In this document: in pieces, positions 1 to 9,944 of the stretch
Layout: every line of letters starts with the position of its first letter
Position numbering within the stretch: position 1 is the first letter of the stretch
Source: Candidatus Sigynarchaeum calidifontis
GTDB taxonomy: Archaea > Asgardarchaeota > Lokiarchaeia > Sigyniarchaeales > Sigyniarchaeaceae
Assembly (NCBI GenBank): GCA_030587475.2
Contig: JAUQYZ020000122.1
Coordinates: 1-52,458 of the forward strand
Direction of reading: 5' to 3'
Length of the DNA: 52,458 nt
Position numbers and translations under genes: made by a program
The notes under the pieces: model-generated
What the model was told of the DNA's origin: nothing
Databases searched by the model: none
What the model saw: only the letters and a program-made list of their open reading frames with translations

Positions 1-744
1 AACATCCAACCCGTAAACGACCCAATGTACTGTATCAACAACGAAAAGTAAGTGAACCACCTACAAGAATGCCTGTAAAACGCGAACTATGCCCGGGACG
101 AGGCAAGATCCAGGGGAATCCAAACGCCCGTGTATTGCACGCTCCAACCTGCAACGGCGCGCGCTGCCGAGACCTGGTTCCAGCGGGCGATCGACGCGGG
201 GCACGTGCACCTTTGCATGGGCGTTTCAGAATTCCTGCGCTCGCCGAGGCACCGCAATGAGGGAACGAGACGTGTCCTCGAGATCACCCATGCGGTCAAG
301 CAATTGCTTGGCAAGAAAAAAGGCTTCATCCATCTCTCAGGCCTCACGAGCTATGCATTGCTCCCCGTCGTCGCTGCCCTCGGTGCGACGAGCACTGACG
401 GTTCGACCCCGGTTCAATCGGCATTAGCGTATGGCACGGTCTTTTTTCCAGGAACAGGCAAAGGCATGAGTGCTAGCACGCTATGGGAGAGGAGAGAAAG
501 TGTGGTATGGAATTGTCCATGTGACTCGTGCCGTGGAAGATCCAAAGAGACATCCCTACGCGCCTTCATGGACCCGGTCGAGCGGGTCACCCACAATTTG
601 ATCACGTGGGAGCGGCTCGTGCAGGAGATAAACGATCGCGTCTTGAAAGATCCGATGGCATGGTACAGCAAGCAGGAAAAAGGGCTATCGCCAGCCTCGA
701 AAAAAGTCTGGAGGATCGCGGCCGATCTCCTGGACAAGCAATAA
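1..744 (+). CDS. tRNA-guanine transglycosylase (TGT/arcTGT/DpdA)-family protein, C-terminal part; 5'-truncated, with in-frame TAA at 49-51 and 76-78
   Basis: Shows IHLSGL, ALGATSTDGST (catalytic Asp region) and the Zn site CPCDSC...THNL. The frame is open from 79 to 744. Possible pseudogene or edge sequencing error. Confidence 0.65.
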
Positions 745-783
745 GTGATACAAAAAGGAAATGTAAAGGAGATATACAATATT

Positions 784-3700
784 TTAAGTGGACCGGGCAA
801 CTTGTGGATTGTAGAAGGTTAAAAACCCTTGCTTCTTGAGCTGGTAGATCTCCCCGAGAACCTGGTCCTGGGACTCCTTCCGGCCGGCCTGCGCGTATGT
901 TAACAGCGTTGCGAGGTAGAATGCTTGCTTCTCTTTCTGGACCGCCTCGCCGACCTCGTACAACGCCTTGCCGAGGCCGGATTTGATATCCTTCTTGGTC
1001 TTCTTGGGATTGATGACGAGGGGGTAGATAAGCGTGATCTCGAAGGCCTCCTCGATGTACGTGTCAACGCCGTTGAAGATCTCGAGGTTGCCGCGCCAGT
1101 TCTGCAAGTCATACGTGGCCTCGAACCTGGTAACGAAACGCTTGGCACGATCCTTCAAGCCAGCCGTAGGCGGCCCGTTCAAGATCAAGGCAAGGCGGAC
1201 TTGTGAACCCTCCTGGAGCAGGATCTTGAAGTCCTGGTAGTCGAAAACGATGGCTTCGCCAGATTCTTTCTTTTGAGCACCCCGATCTCCGCCCACCTCC
1301 TTGCCAAAGGTGGCGATCGCGTGCAGAAAGCCGGAGATCAAGTCAGCATCGAGCTGCATCTGGGAGTATGCCCGGCTCACGACACATGCACCGCTGCTCT
1401 TCATGATGACCATGAGATGCTGGATCTTGACCACGTCTCGGATTTTATCAGCATCAGCCTTCCACATGCGCTTTTTCTTTGCGTCCGATCCCCGCTTCGC
1501 GATGGCTCCGATAAGGATGACTGCGATGGCCGGGACGATGATATACCAGTAACTTCTCAAGAGATATCCCATGAATTCCCAGTCGTTGTATACTGGAATC
1601 GACCGACTCGCCGGGACTGCGGATGGTCTGAATCGCGGGTCTGTTGGGATGTAGTTCACGCTGTATACAAAGGAATCCCAGCCATCATCGAACCGTATCC
1701 CGACACTCGCAATGCCTTGGGCATCCGTGAAGCCAGGGAACGTTACCGTGCCACCCGTGTTGAGATGAATGACGACCGATACGGTTTGATTCGCAACGCC
1801 GGAACCGTTTGAACCGTACGTGAGTTGTACTTGAATTCGCACCACGGAACCGGCCACGACATACTCGCCGTCGATGCCGCTGGTTAAGGTAAGTATTGTC
1901 GAGAACCTGTTGATGCTGAAATCGTCTTGGTAATACATGATATCCGTCCCGTTCGTCCAAGTCATCGTGTAATTGTAATCATCGTAATAATCGAGCACAC
2001 TCATCACGGGGATCGAAACGGTAAAATTGTTGTTGGGAGAGTCGTATAACGTCTCGCGTTGGCTCTCGTAGGACACGCCACCAGCGGAATTGTAGACGGT
2101 CTGGTTCCACGAGCTCCGCACATAGGACGTGTATGTCAAGTTCAGCATGATACGATCGATAGCCCACCAGACCGTGTTGACCAGAGGCGTTGTGGCCTCA
2201 GCCCCGATCCGCACCCTTACCTTGCCGGTCGCGGGATCGATGAGCCCGCTGAAGTTATTGGCGAAAGCCGGCCCCAAATGGACTACCGTCTGGGCCTTGC
2301 CAGCGGTCGGGTTGAACTTCATTATCGTAGATGCGTATTCACCGGCGGTCCAGTTGTGCACCTGCATATCGAAGCTCTTGAAGGTGTTGGAGTAGGTGAA
2401 GTTCAAGACAGCTTGATCGACGAAGAAATAGTGCTTTACACTTGGCCCTACGGGGATGGTAGTATCGTTATACGTGCGTATGCGCATTTCAACGATGTTG
2501 TTTATGGGAGAAATGAATTGCGTGATGTTCTGGATAGCAGGTTCGCTTGCACTGGACCAATGCTCGTGCAAGAACCATAACAATGCGGGTTGTTTTACCA
2601 AGCTGCTCATTTGAACCCAATCCTTCGTGGGGCTAGATTGATTCTTGATAAACAACACCTGGTGGTTAATAGATGCGGTGAAATTCGTCACGACATCGAA
2701 CGTCATGGACGTGATAGCGTCTCGAGCAATGGCGAGCTGGTCAAACACGTTGAGCGAGTAATTGAAATAGACGTCCGCGTAGTGTTTCTCGCCAGGCGAG
2801 TTGTTATAGGTGAAGTTCAAGACAATGGGGTCGAGATCGACTTCTAGCAATTTCTCGAACGCGCCCCCTGACGTTATAGGTGTTAAAATCCATTGCGAAC
2901 TCGGATTCTCAGGCATTGCCGCACCGGTCACGTTCCCCCACCACCAGCTGTCCTTGAATGACTCGTGATCGAACACGATCTCGATGTCCTGGATGTCGGA
3001 AATACGTAACTCGCGAGGAAAATCGACCCACAAGTCCATTGAATTGTTTAAAGTGAAGTCCTCGACGAAATCGCCAATGGCAACCTTTTCATAGATGTAG
3101 GAGATATCGAGGCCAGAAGCATTGAAGAATTTGATCCCCTTGCCATCAAGGCCAGTGATCGCGTTCGTCAGCGTCGTGTTTGCTTGTCCACCAAGCACTG
3201 AAAGGCTCGAGATGCCGCCCTCATAGTCCGATCGCAATGCAACGACGCGGCCGTTCGGGCCATTCACGATCGATGCAGTGCCGCTTATCGAGTCGCTGAG
3301 ATCTATCGTTCCCGAAGCGATGTTCAAGGTAATTGAAGGGCTCAGCACGGCCGACCGCGCGACGAGACGCCACGTGCCAGGCGTGATGCCGATCGCGGTG
3401 AAGGTCTTGTATTTTCCTGTCGGGGAAGGGGTAGTGGAGCCAGCGATCTGTACCGGGATCGCACCTGTAGCGTTGTACAATGCAATCGATGTCCAGGAGT
3501 TAGGGACTTGGATTGAGATCGTGGCGGTCGCTTGTCCTTTTATCTTCGCTTGCGTGAAAGTATAGGTCGAGGTCCACGCCACCGACGAATTGGACGTGTA
3601 GAAGTTAGCAACTACTTGGGGGACGATGGAGTCCCTCACGGTGTAGTTGATGCTCGCGTCGCCGGAGAATGAACCGCCAGGATACCGTCCCCATGCGCTT

Positions 3701-4722
3701 TCGACATTATATGTCACGATGTCACCTACGGGGACGAGAGGCTCTGCGGTTGTATAGATTCCAACCCCGTTGCCGGCATCTAACACGGGTTCGTTATTAA
3801 CGGTCAAGCCGATATCCGAGGGTTGCGGGCTCGCGCTCACGGGGAACAACCTCGTGATGCACGTGAAATCGATGCCCACGGCCTCGTCTAATGATAGCCG
3901 TTGGTCTGTATATGGAAAGGTCATCGAAATGTAAGCTTTTCCATAGTCATCTGCGAGGCCCGCCGTGTCGTTGGAGAACCACCAGAGATGCCCGAATACA
4001 GGCGGGAGCAAGACTGCCACGAAAAAATGGTAATAACCACCATGATAGAGTGTTTTAGAGCTATCGAGGAGGACGTTTCCGAGCGTGATGTTTTCCCAAT
4101 GGCCTAGATATTGCTCGAAACCGCTCGTGGCGTACCGGGGATCAACCGCGACGGATGAGCCGGGGATCATCTCGTGTGGAGTCGGGGACATGTCGGGGAA
4201 GGAGCTCGTGGCATTGTAGATCGAGACGTTCCATCTGTTCAACAACGTTATTGGCGACGTGATGTTGACGTATTGGATGTACAAGCTCAACCACTGGACA
4301 TAGCAGCTCGCCGGGACCTTCAATTCTTGAAACAAGAGCGTGCCGTATACCCAATTCGATCCCCCATATTGTTCGCTATACGTCTCGACGGGCACGGTGA
4401 TTGGTTGGACAGACATGTTGCCAAAGGACACAGTCGTCTGGGTAACAGGCAATGCGGTCGAGACGACGATGTCGTCACCCGCACCCAAGCCCGGCACGTC
4501 TTTATGGAGGGTATATGATAACGTCGATGGCAAGATACCCGGCGACCAGTTCACTGGTGCATCGCTGCTGTGCATATCGCCTGGCTTGAAGGTCATGTAC
4601 GAAGTGCTCACGTTCGACGCAAGCATCATCAAGATGAATAGACAAGGAACGGGCGATGCGAAGAGGAATGATCGCAACCCATATCTTGCATTTACGCGGA
4701 TTTTATTCATATGCAAAGACAC
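784..4722 (-). CDS. 1312-aa single-pass cell-surface protein: signal peptide, beta-rich ectodomain, TM helix, cytoplasmic longin-like domain and winged-helix tail
   Basis: N-terminal hydrophobic stretch, many N-x-S/T sequons and TM YWYIIVPAIAVILIGAIA. After the TM comes IQHLMVIMKSSGACVV...LDADLISGFLHAIATFGKE...FVTRFEATY, a typical Asgard longin-like pattern. Start is GTG 4722 or ATG 4710. Confidence 0.8.
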   Translation of the reverse strand: MSLHMNKIRVNARYGLRSFLFASPVPCLFILMMLASNVSTSYMTFKPGDMHSSDAPVNWSPGILPSTLSYTLHKDVPGLGAGDDIVVSTALPVTQTTVSFGNMSVQPITVPVETYSEQYGGSNWVYGTLLFQELKVPASCYVQWLSLYIQYVNITSPITLLNRWNVSIYNATSSFPDMSPTPHEMIPGSSVAVDPRYATSGFEQYLGHWENITLGNVLLDSSKTLYHGGYYHFFVAVLLPPVFGHLWWFSNDTAGLADDYGKAYISMTFPYTDQRLSLDEAVGIDFTCITRLFPVSASPQPSDIGLTVNNEPVLDAGNGVGIYTTAEPLVPVGDIVTYNVESAWGRYPGGSFSGDASINYTVRDSIVPQVVANFYTSNSSVAWTSTYTFTQAKIKGQATATISIQVPNSWTSIALYNATGAIPVQIAGSTTPSPTGKYKTFTAIGITPGTWRLVARSAVLSPSITLNIASGTIDLSDSISGTASIVNGPNGRVVALRSDYEGGISSLSVLGGQANTTLTNAITGLDGKGIKFFNASGLDISYIYEKVAIGDFVEDFTLNNSMDLWVDFPRELRISDIQDIEIVFDHESFKDSWWWGNVTGAAMPENPSSQWILTPITSGGAFEKLLEVDLDPIVLNFTYNNSPGEKHYADVYFNYSLNVFDQLAIARDAITSMTFDVVTNFTASINHQVLFIKNQSSPTKDWVQMSSLVKQPALLWFLHEHWSSASEPAIQNITQFISPINNIVEMRIRTYNDTTIPVGPSVKHYFFVDQAVLNFTYSNTFKSFDMQVHNWTAGEYASTIMKFNPTAGKAQTVVHLGPAFANNFSGLIDPATGKVRVRIGAEATTPLVNTVWWAIDRIMLNLTYTSYVRSSWNQTVYNSAGGVSYESQRETLYDSPNNNFTVSIPVMSVLDYYDDYNYTMTWTNGTDIMYYQDDFSINRFSTILTLTSGIDGEYVVAGSVVRIQVQLTYGSNGSGVANQTVSVVIHLNTGGTVTFPGFTDAQGIASVGIRFDDGWDSFVYSVNYIPTDPRFRPSAVPASRSIPVYNDWEFMGYLLRSYWYIIVPAIAVILIGAIAKRGSDAKKKRMWKADADKIRDVVKIQHLMVIMKSSGACVVSRAYSQMQLDADLISGFLHAIATFGKEVGGDRGAQKKESGEAIVFDYQDFKILLQEGSQVRLALILNGPPTAGLKDRAKRFVTRFEATYDLQNWRGNLEIFNGVDTYIEEAFEITLIYPLVINPKKTKKDIKSGLGKALYEVGEAVQKEKQAFYLATLLTYAQAGRKESQDQVLGEIYQLKKQGFLTFYNPQVARST

Positions 4723-4996
4723 CCGTGAATGTTGTCTTTAGAACGCCTAGGATGTATCTTCGAGGTCTTTTATTCCCTTATGTGGAAGGTATATAATATC
4801 ACATGATGAATGATTTTTTGCCCAGGAGTGCCCTTTGCCGATATTATTTCAATACAAATTGTTTAAAGGCGTGGAGATAGAGATCAAGATCAGAACGATA
4901 TAGGAAATTTATCGACAATTGGTCATCGTCGCGTTGGCCAGCCCGTACGCGGCGAGACCGTGGAAAATATAAACCAGAAATCCCCGAGGAATACGC

Positions 4997-5650
4997 ATGA
5001 GCCTTCTCCCAGAAGATGACGACGAGCCCATTTCCTTGCTGCCCCCGGAGGAGCAAAATGCCCCCACACCAGACATGTTCGTGGAAGGCGGGGGATCTAT
5101 CGATTACGAGGAGCGGAAGAAGATCGCGATTCCGAAATACAAGCATTTACTGCCGAAAAAGGTGATCGCGCGGCAAACCGGTGCCGCGGCACTCGTGTTC
5201 GATCTTTTGTTCGGAGTGCTGGTATACTTCGACATCAAACCATATCTTGACACGATAACCAATTTCGAATGGTCGCAGCTCCTCAATTATATAATCAACA
5301 GCTTTACCACCCTGGTTGCCAAGATAACCGCATCGACGAGAGAGCTGATCCTTTTTGTGATGCTCGGTTTCCTCGCCTTGCTCATGACGTGCATGTGGGC
5401 TTATTCGGATCACATGGTATCGTCGTGTCCGGTATGCAAGAAGAAAAACTTGAAAAATTTTAACACTTGCAGCAAATGTGAATATATCTTTTACGATCGC
5501 GAGATAATAACCCGGGAAATCATGTCCATCAAGCTCAACAACCTTGATTTCAAGCCGGAAGACATCTGCGCCGATCTGAAAGAGCGACACCTTGCGGACC
5601 TGAGTCCTAAATACGTTAAAAAAATCCTCGTGAAGAACCATTTTCTCTAA
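4997..5650 (+). CDS. 2-TM membrane protein with double zinc ribbon (CPVC...CSKC)
   Basis: 217-aa ORF with GAGGA upstream, two hydrophobic segments and two CxxC pairs. Confidence 0.75.
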   Translation: MSLLPEDDDEPISLLPPEEQNAPTPDMFVEGGGSIDYEERKKIAIPKYKHLLPKKVIARQTGAAALVFDLLFGVLVYFDIKPYLDTITNFEWSQLLNYIINSFTTLVAKITASTRELILFVMLGFLALLMTCMWAYSDHMVSSCPVCKKKNLKNFNTCSKCEYIFYDREIITREIMSIKLNNLDFKPEDICADLKERHLADLSPKYVKKILVKNHFL

Positions 5651-5696
5651 AATGGTCTTCTTTTTCCTTCTTATCTATTTCTGCGAGAAATATTAA

Positions 5697-6206
5697 TTAT
5701 ATGTTGAGGACTTCCACGCTCGACTTTCCACCAGGCCCGAGTTCAACGAGCATTGCCGTCCCGCCGTTCCCGAGATAACCGCACGCCTCCCCGGGATTGA
5801 GCACGAGTGTCTTTCCCACCATCTCGTTGCGCACGTGGTGGTAGTGGCCATACACGATGATGTCGTAGCGACCACCCTTGGCGATGTCGGTGATGCAGCT
5901 CTCGGGCATGGCATGGCCGTGCAAGAGCAAGACCTTCCGGCCTTCAATATCGAACTCGATATATGGTTCCTTGATAGGACCGAGCTTGGCAAACGTCGTG
6001 TTCAAGAAGGAGATGTCCCCGTCATTGTTCCCGCGAACCGCGTAGAACGGGATACCCTCGATCGCCGCCAATTTTCGTGCCACGAACGGCGAGCAATAAT
6101 CGCCACAATGGATCACCGCACCCAAGCCGGCTTTCTTGAATATCGAGACGATTTTTTCGACATTTTCGAGGTTGTCGTGCGTGTCCGACATTATACCGAT
6201 CTTCAT
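5697..6206 (-). CDS. Metallophosphoesterase, YfcE/MJ0936/Vps29 family
   Basis: Motifs SDTHDN, HCGD, VRGNND, LLHGH, YGHYHH and NPGE. GGAGG precedes ATG 6206. Confidence 0.92.
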   Translation of the reverse strand: MKIGIMSDTHDNLENVEKIVSIFKKAGLGAVIHCGDYCSPFVARKLAAIEGIPFYAVRGNNDGDISFLNTTFAKLGPIKEPYIEFDIEGRKVLLLHGHAMPESCITDIAKGGRYDIIVYGHYHHVRNEMVGKTLVLNPGEACGYLGNGGTAMLVELGPGGKSSVEVLNI

Positions 6207-6320
6207 GGTGGAACCCTCCAGTCTAGTTGTAGATCCAGGGTACTTGCACAAGGAATAATAAGCTGATTCGTGTAAGGTTCTATTAAACGTGTTCTCGCAT
6301 GATCGAGCAGAGGGCTAACC

Positions 6321-7811
6321 GTGGCGGAACTCATCTTCATCGAAAAAATATTCGGGCTTATCGAAAAGAAAAAACGCGTGGACTTGAGGGTGCTCTTTGA
6401 AAGCTTGTACAACCCCATCTTGGAACCGTATGTGGGGGATTTCGACTCGTTCAAAAATATCTTCTATCGGCTCAATCAAGAAGGGGTTATCAAGTCACAT
6501 CTCGAGGGTGATTTCCTCTGCATCGATCAAATCAAGACAAGCTCCCATGTTCACGAGAACATCGACGCCTTGTTTCGCGCGTACAATGAGTGCTCTACGG
6601 TTGAAGAATTCGAAAAGGTGGTTCACACGAGCAAGCTCAACCGTCATTTTATGGACGACGAGGAAATCAAGGCAGTATATTTTCAAATCGAGAGCGAACG
6701 GGGCAAGGAAAAGCACCCTCCTCCGAAAAAAAGCAGCTCTTCAAAGCTTGGCAACAGTAACGCATCGCCTCCGGCATCCTTGACCGCCACATCTTCCGCC
6801 GCTCCAGCCACCATTCCAGGATCCCAAGCCCCGGTGCAAGATACCCTTTCGGAGCCCGTGTCAACTTCCGAAGACGAAAGGACCAAGCAAACTGTAAAGA
6901 TCGAGGAGATGCGCGGCATTTTCGAGAAAAAAGTCGACAAGCTCAAGACAATGGCAAAGGATTACGTCGAATCGCTGCTTGCCAAGCAAAACGAGATGGA
7001 TCTCGTCGTCTTGCGATTCTTGCTCAACGATCTTCTACCCTTGCGTGACTTGAACTTGGACACTGACTTCCTGATCCGTGATGCCGTGCGCGATCGCAAC
7101 TTGCCATTCGAGCTCGATGGCACCGTTTACAAGCGCAAGGGTGCACAGATTAAGACCGCAGGGCCGGAAATCGAGTTCCAGGAACGCACGATGCTGCAAC
7201 GCTTCGGACTCATACTATCACGCGGGTTGATGGATGCGAAATTCATCGGGATGCCCGACCTCGAGCGTTTGTTGGAAGCGGAGAAGTTCACGATCCCGGA
7301 GAACGAGACGCTCGAGACCCTTTTGGAAAAAACCATCAAGCATGGCTTCTTCAAGGGTTACGTCGACCTCGTCGAGCAACGGGTATATCGAGCCAAGACA
7401 CAAGCTGAACAGTACCAGGAAGAATTCATGAGAGAGTTGAACAAGATGGCCAAGGAGATTGCATCCGATGCCAAGAAATTGGAAGATCTCAAGAAATCGG
7501 AAAGCAAGATCCCGGCCGGGCTCGAACTTTTGCTGTTGAGCGGGAAGAAGGATATCACGGGCGTCCTCGACAAAGCAGAAGCACTTTCTCAACATATCCA
7601 GGATTTCATCATGAACCAGCTGCCAGTCGGGAAGAAGACGAACATCGCCGAGTTGAGCAAGAGCTTGAAAGACCACGTCCGCCGGGATCGCGTGGACGTC
7701 CCGTACACGATCGACGAGGAGGCGGTGGAACGCATCCTCGAGGAAATGGTCGAAAAACGCAAGATATCAGGATTCTTCGAGGACCAGTCCACGTTCGTGC
7801 GGAAAAAATAG
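6321..7811 (+). CDS. Hypothetical protein with repeated PCI-like winged-helix modules, an S/P/A-rich linker and coiled coils
   Basis: Wing-like segments GVIKSHLEGDFL, GFFKGYVDLVEQRVY and KISGFFEDQSTF. Confidence 0.65.
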   Translation: MAELIFIEKIFGLIEKKKRVDLRVLFESLYNPILEPYVGDFDSFKNIFYRLNQEGVIKSHLEGDFLCIDQIKTSSHVHENIDALFRAYNECSTVEEFEKVVHTSKLNRHFMDDEEIKAVYFQIESERGKEKHPPPKKSSSSKLGNSNASPPASLTATSSAAPATIPGSQAPVQDTLSEPVSTSEDERTKQTVKIEEMRGIFEKKVDKLKTMAKDYVESLLAKQNEMDLVVLRFLLNDLLPLRDLNLDTDFLIRDAVRDRNLPFELDGTVYKRKGAQIKTAGPEIEFQERTMLQRFGLILSRGLMDAKFIGMPDLERLLEAEKFTIPENETLETLLEKTIKHGFFKGYVDLVEQRVYRAKTQAEQYQEEFMRELNKMAKEIASDAKKLEDLKKSESKIPAGLELLLLSGKKDITGVLDKAEALSQHIQDFIMNQLPVGKKTNIAELSKSLKDHVRRDRVDVPYTIDEEAVERILEEMVEKRKISGFFEDQSTFVRKK

Positions 7812-7841
7812 ACCGTCTCGTTTCAATTCGTTCTGCTCTCG

Positions 7842-9083
7842 TCAAGATTTCTCGAGCGTGGCGATGAAGAAGCCGATGGTGTCATCGATGTGGGGATAAA
7901 AACGACGCAGTCGTGACAGCTCTAGCTTGGAAAGCCGGTCGATTTGAACGCCAGGATGGCCCGCATCAATGCATGGATCCACGACTTTAAGCCCGTGTTT
8001 TTCGATCAAGTCGGCCACGAGTTGTTCGTTTTCTTCCCGCGTGACGGTACACGTGCAATAGACGATGCGCGTGCCTTGGAAAACGAAGCCGGATTCCAGC
8101 ACGTTACCGAGGATCCGTGCCTGGTTCGCGCGGAAGTTATCGAGATCCTTCCTCGATTCATCGACGCACAGCTTCAGCCGCAAGCCAAGCGCCGAGCAAG
8201 GGGGGTCGACGAGCACACGAGCGGCGTGGAACGGGGCGATTTTGTCTTTCATTCGCTCGCTGCGAGCCAAGACGGGCGTGATGCAAGTGATGCCCATGCG
8301 TATCGCCCGCTCGCGAAGACGGGAAATCTTTTCCGATGCCCGGTCGACAGCAATAATGGTACCAAGGTTATTCATCAATTGGGCAAGATGCGTTGTCTTC
8401 CCGCCCGCACCGCAGCACACGTCCAGCACGGCATCGCCCGGGGCGGGGGCGAGGGCACGCGCGGCGACCATCGACGGGAGATTCTGGTCAACGATCATGC
8501 CGTCCTGGTATTCTATCCAAGACTGGATAGGAGGCGACGAGTACCATGACTCCGTTGTCGCCACGATCACGCCGCGGGACTGCTCGTGCATGACGTTCGA
8601 TGGAAACGCCGCGACCCCGTTCCCGCAGTGAACCTCGTACTCGCGGCCGTCCCACGATGTCTTGAACCGCGTGACCAACCCGACGTTCTCGCCGGCGTGG
8701 AACCTTGCCAGCGGCTGCTTGAGGCCGGGGGCGAATAACGGCGCGGACATGGCAATGGACTCTGCAGAATACTTGTCAACGAGGACCTTCTTAGCTATCT
8801 CGTCGATCGGCCGTGGACCAGAAATATTGATCGAGATTGCTTCAGAAACACGTGAATCAAGTTTGAATGACCAATCAGGGTGATTTTCCCGCAACTTGGC
8901 CAGGATCCTGGCCGGTTCATCCTTGATCGTGTTTGCTCTCACGTGGTAACGCGTGCCAGGGTGCGATATCGCGTCCAGATAGGCGTCGAATCCACCGCCC
9001 TCGATTTCGTCGAGGAATTGGAGGCGCTCCCTCGCGTCGGGATGGATCAAGGTCGTAGAAGGATGTCGGGACATTGGTGGCAT
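7842..9083 (-). CDS. RsmB/NOP2/NSUN RNA m5C methyltransferase with PUA-like insertion (NSUN6-like)
   Basis: LDVCCGAGGKTT (SAM binding), DPPCS (motif IV) and YCTCT (motif VI), plus a PUA-like AESIAMSAPLFAPG segment. Confidence 0.9.
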   Translation of the reverse strand: MPPMSRHPSTTLIHPDARERLQFLDEIEGGGFDAYLDAISHPGTRYHVRANTIKDEPARILAKLRENHPDWSFKLDSRVSEAISINISGPRPIDEIAKKVLVDKYSAESIAMSAPLFAPGLKQPLARFHAGENVGLVTRFKTSWDGREYEVHCGNGVAAFPSNVMHEQSRGVIVATTESWYSSPPIQSWIEYQDGMIVDQNLPSMVAARALAPAPGDAVLDVCCGAGGKTTHLAQLMNNLGTIIAVDRASEKISRLRERAIRMGITCITPVLARSERMKDKIAPFHAARVLVDPPCSALGLRLKLCVDESRKDLDNFRANQARILGNVLESGFVFQGTRIVYCTCTVTREENEQLVADLIEKHGLKVVDPCIDAGHPGVQIDRLSKLELSRLRRFYPHIDDTIGFFIATLEKS

Positions 9084-9086
9084 GGT

Positions 9087-9848
9087 TTATCCAGCGTCGC
9101 TTTCAAGGTTCTCGGCGATGATTTTCTTTATTCCCTCGACATGACCGAAGCCCGTCACGAGGACGATTTTTCCACTGGATGCCTTGAGCATGGCAACGAG
9201 CTTCTCGGCCATGTACCGGTTCCGCTGGTCGACGAGGATGTCCTTGAACACGGGGTTTTCATCCATTTTCTTGAGATATGGTTGGATTACCTTTAGAAGT
9301 GCCTTGTATTCCTTCTGACCATAGATGCTGGTGAGGGTGTTGAATGTCTCTTGCCACTCGCTAAGGGTGGACGCGATTACCTTCGTGATGGCTGAAAAAC
9401 CAGGCAAGGTCATGACGGGCAAGGTGAAACCGGGGAATATCTCGACGGGTTTCTGGAACAAGTTGGCCATGGTCTCGGCCATGAACTCGCGGAAAATGCG
9501 CTCCCTGCGCATGTCGATGAACTCGACCCGTGCATTCACCTTCTTGGCAGCCTCGATAGCGGCGAGGAACTCGAACCCTTGCATGGCGAGGCCGATCGAG
9601 AGATCCTCGAGCTTGTCTGCGTATTTGCTCGGTAACCCCAAGGATTTCAACAAGTTAAAGAAATTTCGATAGTTACTGGAGATGCGATCCATTACGTCGT
9701 CTAAATTCTCGACTGTCGTGCCGGGAAGGTTGGGCGGCAACTCTATGGCGACGATCAGCGGCCGTTCCGCTTCTATGACGCGGCGGACTTCCTCGATGCA
9801 CGATTGCTGGCCGTGCACGACGCCGAGGATGATTAGCTTGTCGAGAAT
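9087..9848 (-). CDS. TraB/PrgY/GumN-domain protein
   Basis: Motifs LIILGVVH, IVAIEL, EFLAAIEAA...FIDM, LVDQRNRYMA and VTGFGHVEGI. The conserved N-terminal strand lies upstream of GTG 9818, so ATT 9848 is proposed as the start. Confidence 0.82.
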   Translation of the reverse strand: MLDKLIILGVVHGQQSCIEEVRRVIEAERPLIVAIELPPNLPGTTVENLDDVMDRISSNYRNFFNLLKSLGLPSKYADKLEDLSIGLAMQGFEFLAAIEAAKKVNARVEFIDMRRERIFREFMAETMANLFQKPVEIFPGFTLPVMTLPGFSAITKVIASTLSEWQETFNTLTSIYGQKEYKALLKVIQPYLKKMDENPVFKDILVDQRNRYMAEKLVAMLKASSGKIVLVTGFGHVEGIKKIIAENLESDAG

Positions 9849-9944
9849 CTCAACCCGCCTCCAACATCCAGCTCAAAATTGATTTTTTTGGGCAATAAAC
9901 ATTTCCCGAACCGAAAAGAAGAAACTATTAAATAGTTCGATGGT

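Noticed and set aside
5697-6206. True retromer Vps29 ortholog
   Set aside because: It keeps the full catalytic motif set of the widespread prokaryotic YfcE/MJ0936 phosphodiesterases, and no retromer-like neighbours are visible.
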